A DNA stretch of 64,000 nt from a virus. The notes below the pieces were generated by a model, which was given only the letters and a program-made list of their open reading frames with translations, was not told the origin of the DNA and ran no database searches. Position numbers and translations under genes: made by a program. How positions within the stretch are numbered: position 1 is the first letter of the stretch; each line of letters starts with the position of its first letter. Below are positions 1-7,300 of the stretch, one piece after another. The stretch covers positions 34,181 to 98,180 of the IMG/VR virus record IMGVR_UViG_3300046683_000929. The stretch is one strand, 5' to 3'.

Positions 1-841
1 TCGTTTGATAAACCCCAGCGCTACCATTCACTATTGTTCGCTGTGTTGGCAGATTATAATCATAATAAACAATATAAGATTTTGAAACATTCTGCCTTTC
101 CCTTATCAATGTTAATGTGTGTTGCCTGGGAATAAGACTGTCTGTTACATTTACTTTATATGTATTGGGATCTAACCCATATGCCTGATTAGGAATCATA
201 TGAAGGCTGTCTTCCATAAAAGCAATTACAGTACCTATAAAATCATTGTCTCCACTGGCTGCCGATAACGTTAAAGTATGAACATAATTTGAAAAGCCTT
301 TGGGCGATATAAAACCGACAAAGGAACCTGTATTAAGTGTGGATTTTACCGCATTAGTTACGGTGTCGAAAATCCAACTATTAGTAGCATCAACCCTTAC
401 TGGCATCTGTCCATTTATAAGTATTCCACCACTGGAAGATGGACTCCCTCCGTGAGCAAATCTTTTGAATGAATTAAATATTTGCAATTGAGTTGCTGAT
501 CCTGAAGCAAAGGCACTATCTTTTTGACTATCCGTATAGATAAACTGCCCATAAACTAATGGCTCTACAGGTAAATAATTATTTGAATTGTTGCCAGATG
601 CCGCCAATGTCTGCCCGCTTAATCCAATCGGCAGAGAAGGCCTGGCATTAATAAATTTATCGATTTGATACCTATCATAAAATCCGATATATGCATTAGG
701 CCCGCTACCTCCACCAATCCTTCTTAAAGTATCATCCCCTCTTTTTTGCCATTGAATAGTATTGCCAAACCCATACCATACCTGCGCATGGCCTAAACTT
801 GCGAAAAGCATCAATAATGCTACGAACGTTATTCTCTTCAT
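1..841 (-). CDS. Partial ORF running off the window start: signal-peptide protein with lectin/TSP-C-like beta domain, possible receptor-binding or virion protein
   Basis: Read manually: ATG at 841 overlaps the upstream TGA (TGATG); MKRITFVALLMLFASLGHAQ signal-like N-terminus; open to position 1; contains GDNDFIGTVIAF. Confidence 0.6.
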   Translation of the reverse strand, partial: MKRITFVALLMLFASLGHAQVWYGFGNTIQWQKRGDDTLRRIGGGSGPNAYIGFYDRYQIDKFINARPSLPIGLSGQTLAASGNNSNNYLPVEPLVYGQFIYTDSQKDSAFASGSATQLQIFNSFKRFAHGGSPSSSGGILINGQMPVRVDATNSWIFDTVTNAVKSTLNTGSFVGFISPKGFSNYVHTLTLSAASGDNDFIGTVIAFMEDSLHMIPNQAYGLDPNTYKVNVTDSLIPRQHTLTLIRERQNVSKSYIVYYDYNLPTQRTIVNGSAGVYQT

Positions 842-1500
842 CATATTACTGTAACTATTATATCCTGTGGTGTACTTGTGTCAAACCCATAAAGACCGGC
901 AGGAGTAACAGATTTATCATACTGGGTATTTACACTCTTGCCATTTGACATTGTCAGAATAGGCCTCCTGTTCACCAGTAGGGCGTTCGGAAGGTAAAGA
1001 CTGCCAAAGCCATCATCCAATAAATTCGAAGCGGTAAAAGTCAAATCTACCGGGCCCGTTGTTGGAGGAATCCCGGAAGGTACCTGCCCGGATATTTGCA
1101 AGAAACCATTCGTGCCCCTGCTGAAGTCAAACGAAATACTCAGAATATCTTTTGTTTCGTCGTCATCCTCATAAGTAATATTTGGCACCGCACCGAAATC
1201 TCCCTGAGCTGGGCCGCCCGGCAAATCATAAATAAACAGCCAGGGATTGTTGCCGTAGAGAGGGTAGTAATTATCGTGGTAATTATCCAGAACTAAGCTC
1301 GGGCTATCATCTGTAGTTACAAAGGAGATCTTATCACTATTGAAATAAACTACACGATTTGCGATATTAAGAAATAAGTCAGCCAACTCCCACCAACAAT
1401 CTGTTTCATCCTGTAGACTTATGGAATTTGGTCGCGTTTTTATAAGTATTTTGGTTCTCACCCTTTCCTTATACGCGGCAATATCACTTGCTAAACTCAT
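841..1500 (-). CDS. Hypothetical protein, possibly virion-associated
   Basis: 219-aa ORF translationally coupled to the next gene. Confidence 0.6.
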   Translation of the reverse strand: MSLASDIAAYKERVRTKILIKTRPNSISLQDETDCWWELADLFLNIANRVVYFNSDKISFVTTDDSPSLVLDNYHDNYYPLYGNNPWLFIYDLPGGPAQGDFGAVPNITYEDDDETKDILSISFDFSRGTNGFLQISGQVPSGIPPTTGPVDLTFTASNLLDDGFGSLYLPNALLVNRRPILTMSNGKSVNTQYDKSVTPAGLYGFDTSTPQDIIVTVI

Positions 1501-1513
1501 TTCCTAAAATATT

Positions 1514-1816
1514 TTATACGAAACTTTTAACCCACTGCTTAACATGGATATGTGCACCGCTGCAATTGGCACATTCATCCGCGCACTTTTGAAGATATTC
1601 CCACTGGTGTATATTGATTGTGCCGTATTCAATGCCTTCAAATTCAATGAAAAAACCTGTAACCATTTTGTATTTATTCTCTTGAGGATACCAGGCTCTT
1701 TCACTTTTTTCACCTATGACTTTGGCTGTATTGCAGTCCACGAAGAGTAAAACTGGACAAGGAAGTAATTCACCATCCTTATATATTATAGGGAATTCTA
1801 TTAATGCCTTAGCCAT
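1514..1816 (-). CDS. Hypothetical Cys-rich protein
   Basis: 100-aa ORF with CADECANC; co-oriented with neighbours. Confidence 0.6.
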   Translation of the reverse strand: MAKALIEFPIIYKDGELLPCPVLLFVDCNTAKVIGEKSERAWYPQENKYKMVTGFFIEFEGIEYGTINIHQWEYLQKCADECANCSGAHIHVKQWVKSFV

Positions 1817-1870
1817 ATAGGCATTAAAGATAAAACTTATTTTCGGATTCTCTAAAATATTTTATTTAAC

Positions 1871-1910
1871 GCAAAAAAGCCAGGATGCTTTTAACTATCC
1901 TGGCTTTTGC
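1871..1910 (-). terminator. Intrinsic terminator closing the tRNA/ncRNA region
   Basis: AAAAGCCAGGAT...ATCCTGGCTTTTTT hairpin with U-tract. Confidence 0.75.
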
Positions 1911-1998
1911 CCTCCGCATACCCAGTGCACTGATGTTAGCGGCAAAACAATTTATCAAAGTTTGTATCCTACCCCCTAAACGACCGCGTCACCCAATC

Positions 1999-2104
1999 AC
2001 AGATACATAGCAGGCCGGGATCGAACCGGCGTCTCAAACTTTAATGTCCTAAGTACCATACCAGCAGTCTCTCAACTACTGGCTGCCTTCGCCGGGATAT
2101 CTGT
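1999..2104 (-). ncRNA. tRNA-like structured RNA or degenerate tRNA
   Basis: Perfect T-arm GCCGG-TTCGATC-CCGGC; 8-bp hairpin CCAGTAGT/ACTGCTGG; GGCAG/CTGCT stem; outer stem ACAGATAT/GTATCTGT; no sound anticodon arm. Confidence 0.45.
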
Positions 2105-2228
2105 CGCATTAGTTTTCTAATCCCTATAACACAACTTGCTAAAGCATTTTCCCTTTTGTTGGGGCCAGCGGTTTACTGGCCCCATTTGCATCTACTCTGT
2201 TTCCGTAATAACGGGTTCTGTATATCGG

Positions 2229-2294
2229 GGTATGTTCTAACCATTCTTGAACTATTAGCCTAAACCAAACGGGGATCGAAACCCGTATCTTACC
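2229..2294 (-). ncRNA. Circularly permuted tRNA-like module (T-arm, closed acceptor hairpin, D-arm), YrlA-like topology
   Basis: GGTA-AGAT-[ACGGG TTTCGATC CCCGT]-[TTGGT TTAG GCTAA]-TA-[GTTC AAGAATGGTTA GAAC]-A-TACC. Confidence 0.5.
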
Positions 2295-2542
2295 ATCTTC
2301 TTGAAGCTGACTTATTAAGGATTACCCATGCAGCTATATGTTTTAGCGAACTTAAAGAGAGTAATAAATTACCACGAACTTAAGCCGCTTTTTTTCATTT
2401 TAAGAAAGAGTAGCCAACCTCGCGTCAACTACCCTTCAACCTAAACCTTATCACAATTAATTACCTTGGCAGGTAATTCCTATTGAGACTCAAACATAAA
2501 GTTTATTTTTTAAAATAAAAAATATAAATGAAAATAAATTTG

Positions 2543-2626
2543 TCCAATGGATAGGATTCGAACCTATTAAGCCGCAAAGCAATGGATTTACAGTCCATCC
2601 CAATTCACCGTCATTGGAGCCAAAGG
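2543..2626 (-). tRNA. tRNA-Tyr(GTA) with atypical acceptor stem
   Basis: Anticodon arm ATGGA-CTGTAAA-TCCAT; T-arm ATAGG-TTCGAAT-CCTAT; long variable region; acceptor CCTTTGG/CCATTGG has two U-U mismatches. Confidence 0.8.
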
Positions 2627-2636
2627 ATATTAAGAG

Positions 2637-2719
2637 CGGAGAGTATAGGACTCGAACCCTGCGCTTACACGCCGCGCCTGTTTTCAAGACAGGATGTTCA
2701 CCAATGAACGCTACTCTCC
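2637..2719 (-). tRNA. tRNA-Ser(TGA)
   Basis: GGAGAGT/ACTCTCC acceptor, G73, CCTGT-CTTGAAA-ACAGG anticodon arm, long variable arm; T-stem imperfect. Confidence 0.85.
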
Positions 2720-2725
2720 AAGTTG

Positions 2726-2808
2726 CGGAAAATCTGGGATTCGAACCCAGGCAACCTTTCGGTTGTACAGATTAGCAATCTGCTGCCTTACCACTCAGCC
2801 AACTTTCC
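2726..2808 (-). tRNA. tRNA-Ser(GCT)
   Basis: GGAAAGT/ATTTTCC acceptor, G73, GCAGA-TTGCTAA-TCTGT, variable arm CAACC-GAAA-GGTTG, canonical T-arm. Confidence 0.93.
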
Positions 2809-2812
2809 TTTG

Positions 2813-2893
2813 TACCCCATCCCGGACTCGAACCGGGACGCCGAAGCATAAGATTTTAAGTCTTACGTGTCCTACCAATTTCACCAATGGGGC
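2813..2893 (-). tRNA. tRNA-Leu(TAA)
   Basis: GCCCCAT/ATGGGGT acceptor, A73, TAAGA-CTTAAAA-TCTTA, CCCGG-TTCGAGT-CCGGG. Confidence 0.93.
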
Positions 2894-2896
2894 ATG

Positions 2897-2970
2897 TAGC
2901 CTGCCTCAGACTCGAACTGAGAACATCTTGATCCTAAATCAAGCGTGTCTGCCAATTGCGCCAGCAGGCC
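2897..2970 (-). tRNA. tRNA-Leu(TAG) with short 5-nt variable loop
   Basis: GGCCTGC/GCAGGCT acceptor, A73, CTTGA-TTTAGGA-TCAAG, variable loop ATGTT, CTCAG-TTCGAGT-CTGAG. Confidence 0.9.
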
Positions 2971-2972
2971 AT

Positions 2973-3006
2973 AAAAAAAGCCCCTTGATTTTGTCAAGAG
3001 GCTTTT
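2973..3006 (-). terminator. Attenuator terminator (segments 3:4) directly upstream of the tRNA array
   Basis: AAAAGCCTCTTGA-CAAAA-TCAAGGGGCTTTTTTT; U-tract ends 2 nt before G1 of tRNA-Leu(TAG). Confidence 0.85.
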
Positions 3007-3026
3007 AAAAACTTTCATTTATAAAT

Positions 3027-3101
3027 CTAATCCATAGGATGCCTCTTTGCGTCGTATAACGAATAACTTAACAAGAGACTATATAGATTTTTATTTTTCA
3101 T
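3027..3101 (-). CDS. Attenuator leader peptide MKNKNLYSLLLSYSLYDAKRHPMD
   Basis: Read manually; codons 6-16 are CTA TAT AGT CTC TTG TTA AGT TAT TCG TTA TAC, all Leu/Ser/Tyr, matching the downstream tRNAs; overlaps the antiterminator segments. Confidence 0.82.
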   Translation of the reverse strand: MKNKNLYSLLLSYSLYDAKRHPMD

Positions 3102-3184
3102 ATTAAAACATCAATGGCAACAAGCGATAGTATCTTTATTTTTCTACCAACGAAGTAAGGTACATCTACGGCACATCGATATCA

Positions 3185-3192
3185 CAAAAGTA
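3185..3192 (-). promoter_or_regulatory. Bacteroidota-type -7 promoter element for the leader/tRNA transcript
   Basis: TACTTTTG matches TAnnTTTG; about 85 nt upstream of the leader ATG; no well-spaced -33 TTTG seen. Confidence 0.55.
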
Positions 3193-3223
3193 AACTAATT
3201 TTTTAAAATAAAAAATGTAATTC

Positions 3224-3258
3224 AAAATAAAACTGGCCGACATTAATGTCGGCCAGTT
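3224..3258 (-). terminator. Intrinsic terminator insulating the tRNA promoter from upstream transcription
   Basis: Perfect 28-nt palindrome AACTGGCCGACATTAATGTCGGCCAGTT followed by TTATTTT. Confidence 0.75.
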
Positions 3259-3398
3259 AATTGCCGTGGTAAGGTGCTGCAATGGTTCCCATGTAGTACA
3301 TCCAGCCGCGCTCTCTTTAGCTACGCTCTCCAGTTAAAGTCTTAGGATTATGACGGCTTAGATGCATCTACTTATATATATGCATTGAGGTTACCACT

Positions 3399-3875
3399 TT
3401 AGCCAACAGATAAATCTTTTGCTTTCGAAACTTTACTTTTCGCCTCGACTCTTGCTTGTGTGGCAAGCTCCAAATAACGCTTTGCGTCATTAAGTAAATC
3501 ATCGGCCTCTTTTAATAACTGCTTCTTAATAGATATAAAGTCTTTCACATAGCCGAGTTTTTGATAAACTTCGTATTCATCAAGAAACATGAAATGATAT
3601 CCAGCTGGATTAGCCGAAAAATGAGTTACACTGCCCCTATCTTGCATAGGCCCATGATCTGGCACTATCTTAATGTTGGCACACACAGAACTCCATGGCC
3701 GGGTAATTAAAGCCACGCAAACATCGGCACCATTGCTTCGAGCAGCTGAATCATCTGGATTTGGAAAGAAAATGACAGTTTCGCCAAGTTTTGGCATGCG
3801 TTCGCTGAACGCTTGAGAATTATTTTCCACTTTTTTAATTTTAAAGTCCCCGCAACATCGCGGATATTTAGTCAA
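3399..3875 (-). CDS. Hypothetical protein (true start possibly internal, MPKLGETV)
   Basis: ORF track; C-terminal coiled coil. Confidence 0.55.
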   Translation of the reverse strand: MTKYPRCCGDFKIKKVENNSQAFSERMPKLGETVIFFPNPDDSAARSNGADVCVALITRPWSSVCANIKIVPDHGPMQDRGSVTHFSANPAGYHFMFLDEYEVYQKLGYVKDFISIKKQLLKEADDLLNDAKRYLELATQARVEAKSKVSKAKDLSVG

Positions 3876-3889
3876 ATATATAAAATATT

Positions 3890-4264
3890 TTAGTAATACG
3901 TATCAGCCTTTTCGTTGTCGTCTTTATAATCTGTTACTACAAACCCAGTCCATGTACCTCTTACCAGAAGCTTTCTTTTACATCCCTGGCAGTTCATTGT
4001 ATATTGCATTTCATGAGACTCTCCAACTTCTTGCTCACAAGTACAAATAGGGCATTTAAATATGGATGATACTGTAGAGATATGACATGCCACTTTTGGC
4101 TGCGCGATCCATTCGAATATTGACGAAAACCCGAATTTATGACAGATAATATCTGCCTGCTTTTGGTAGTCATCTTTACGAACTCCTTTAAACATCCCAG
4201 CCTTTTTTAAACCGGCAAAGTCAAAGTGCTGTTCCATGAAACTTTTTAATGCTATATCAACCAT
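3890..4264 (-). CDS. Hypothetical zinc-ribbon protein
   Basis: CPIC...CQGC pair. Confidence 0.6.
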   Translation of the reverse strand: MVDIALKSFMEQHFDFAGLKKAGMFKGVRKDDYQKQADIICHKFGFSSIFEWIAQPKVACHISTVSSIFKCPICTCEQEVGESHEMQYTMNCQGCKRKLLVRGTWTGFVVTDYKDDNEKADTYY

Positions 4265-4321
4265 ATTTTAAAATTAAAGAAGGCGCTGATATAAGTATCG
4301 ATGCGCGATAAGCTAAAATAC

Positions 4322-7300
4322 TTACTTTTTCTTTTTAATTTCCTGCCCCTCAGCAACTATCTTTTGATAACTAAACTTTTCAATGAGTTTCTGTTTAGCA
4401 TATTGCGCTGCTACTGTAGCAGCTCGCTTCGGTGCCATTCCCCTCTTTTCAAGCTCCTGCTGTTTGGGCTCTTTTATCTGCTCGTAGTAGTCCTGGTGTT
4501 CTTGACTAAGCTCTATAACTTTACTTCCAACTTTTAGTGGAGTAGGCTGGCTAAGATCACGATAATTGGGCTCATGAAATTTACTGGCCAATCCATATTC
4601 TACTTGCTTCCGCAGCGCATCTACAGACCGGTTAAAGTCGGCATCATTTAAACCGGCAAAGGCGAGCATGTTTGATAACATACTACTCGCAATCACCGCT
4701 TTCTGATAAGGGGTAATATTAACTGGTACACCATATTTATCAGTGTTGTCGAAAATACGGTACGTGTCTTTGGCGATATCCCCCATGCCGTTAAATGCAG
4801 CCCCATACATACCATAATTGTTCGCTTCGGATATCTGTTGCCCTACTGATATATTTGGCTCATAGAAAAACTCACTATTGGTTAATTTATTGATTCCGCG
4901 CTGGGCCGCATCCTGTGGGGCGTTACCCAATCCGCCGAAAAAATAATTACCTAAAACGTTGGTATACCATTGCTGCAAGAAATTATCTCTTTTCTGCTGC
5001 AACTTAATATCTATTTTATCAAGCACATCTTTTTTCTCTTTATCGTCCCCAAAAATAGATGTAAGGCCATAAGCAAGCCCTTTAGTGACAAGTGCTGTTA
5101 TTCCATACCCAATTGATAGTTTAATCCCCTGGAAGAACGTTTCCTCTACCAAAGCACTCATTAACGATTTCGCAGCGACGCCGGCCTGGTTCTTTCTATA
5201 GTCAGCATCAACAAATGTGTCCTTACTGGCAATAGTTCTGAAATTTTCAGTCAACGTCTGAAATTTATGCATGTTGAAAGAGCCAAACGGGAATAACAAT
5301 GTTTTGGCCGCCATGTAGAAAGCATTGTTGGAATTAATCAACTTTGACCTGGCTGATTTTGAATTTTCATTCAGTTGCTTAGCGGTCATATTCTCTGCGT
5401 AGTCGGCAGCTTCCCTGTTTGGGGTTTCCGCTTCTTTTGCCCAGTCAATTGCTTTAAAATCTACCGCTTTCCCGTTTTTCATTAGATGATCAGCATAGTA
5501 GGTAACCCACGCCCATTCCCCTGTTTTTACGTCCCCATACTTTATAGGTTTCGCTATCTTTCTATCTACCGTTGTGCCGTCAGGATTTAATTGAAGTAAG
5601 TACTTGTCAATTACTGTTTCGGTGTGATCGAACATTTTTTTGATCACACCTTTCTCATCGTTCCCTTTTATCGTATTATCCTTATCGGCCAGCGCCTCGT
5701 CGCGCAGGGTATTCAGCGACGCCATGTTATCGCCACGCTCACTGATAGGATGTTTTTTTATCAGCGCCTTAACCTCATCGCTATTTAGCACGCTCGCGGC
5801 ATCACGCATTAGCTTCGCATCGCCGCCGATATTAACCAGGGTATTGAAGATGGTGGCAGATGCTTGTTTTACCAAAGCCGAATAACTCAACAACTGTTTA
5901 AATGTACCTAGTTTAGTGATGATGTTTAAGCCCTGCTTCATTAACCTCAGCTCCTTTTCGCCAACGCTATTATTCAGACCCATCTCATTCAGGACATTGT
6001 TGCGTACAGTCTCTTTATACATCTGGTGGTTTTCGTTCCCCAAAGCATCCCGCAGCGTACGATTTTTCAATGCCTCGTCAAAGATCTGCCGGCTTTTTAA
6101 AGTATGGATATCGCTGAGCTGATCTTTGATGTTCTGATTTTGCACGTCGAAGAAGTTAAGGTTTAAAACCTTTTGCTTTTCGCCCGATTTTGAAGCCAGC
6201 GGATCTCCTTTCACACGCTGCAGCGTCGCTACCGATCCGTTGGTAGTATTTTGCTCCATAGCAGTAAATCCGAGGCCCTCCCCACTTACTACATCCACCA
6301 AGCCGGTACCAAGAAACCTATAACCATCCCGCATGTGATTGCCCCATGCTTCATATGGCATGTTCAATTGACGCTTTACCACATCCTGGTGCGCAGGTCG
6401 TAGTTCATCATCCGCAGCACGATAAACATCATAAACTTTACGCTCACCAGGTTCCAGAAATTCAATCTGGCGAATCTGATCATAACTCAGGTTCTTTAAT
6501 TGATCGCCATCCGAAACATCAATTCCAGTTGCATCTTTGATTTTATCTGAAAACCCCTGCCAAATATCCCTTTCTATGGCAGCTTCGCTATTATCGTTTT
6601 TAAGGCCCTCGGCGGCTTTCAATTCAATATCCCGCTTGATTATATCAACCCTGCGAATAAGCTCGGCATTCTGCTGCTCTGGCGATGAGAACTCCCTATT
6701 TTGATTTATGTAGGAAAACAAAGAAAGGCGCTGGATTGACTCCGGGCTTTTTGCAATTGTCGGATTCTCTTTAAAAACAACCTCCAGTTTTTTACCTATT
6801 AATTCATCATACCTATGTTTCGCCTGTGCAAAGCCATTCCTAATTTCATCAAAGTGGCTACCGGTATTAAGCTTGCTGAGGAAATCAAAATCGTTATTGG
6901 CTATTCGGCTCATTATAACACTTAGGTTCGCCCCAACAGCCCGCAATTCACCGAGTTTAGTTTTAAACCTGGCACTTTTGCTTTTACGCCCTGTCTCTTC
7001 CAAGTAATTAGGTAATTTTAATGCCCCCTCGTCTCCATTACCAATGGCTTTCGCCTCGAAAATACCTATTCCACTATGATCGTCATTATTGATCACATTC
7101 TCCAATACGTTATTAAACAACCGAAGTGTATCAGCATCCTGCCCGGCCAGCGGCACCTCTTTAAGGATTTTCAAGCTTTCCTTCTGCTCTGGCGACATTG
7201 ATGTATCTATTTCGATTAGATCCTGTTTAGCCGAAGCAATATTCTCCAATGACTCCCGAAGCGTTTCTGAAAGTTCATTTGGCTTATCGTTGATGGTGTC

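Noticed and set aside
2009-2294. tmRNA or intron-split tRNA joining the D-arm near 2250 to the T-arm near 2025
   Set aside because: The would-be acceptor strands (AGGCTAA and CTGCTAT) do not pair; no GGGG 5' end, CCA end or tag frame recognised
2490-3008. ORFs 2490-2687 (-) and 2694-3008 (+)
   Set aside because: They overlap the tRNA genes and are chance reading frames
3027-3192. T-box riboswitch as the tRNA leader
   Set aside because: No T-box consensus (GGTGGNACCGCG) or stem I; the translated leader with 1:2/2:3/3:4 segments explains the region better
3263-3357. Self-cleaving ribozyme (twister, pistol, theta)
   Set aside because: Only superficial similarity; I could not place the conserved cores or pseudoknots
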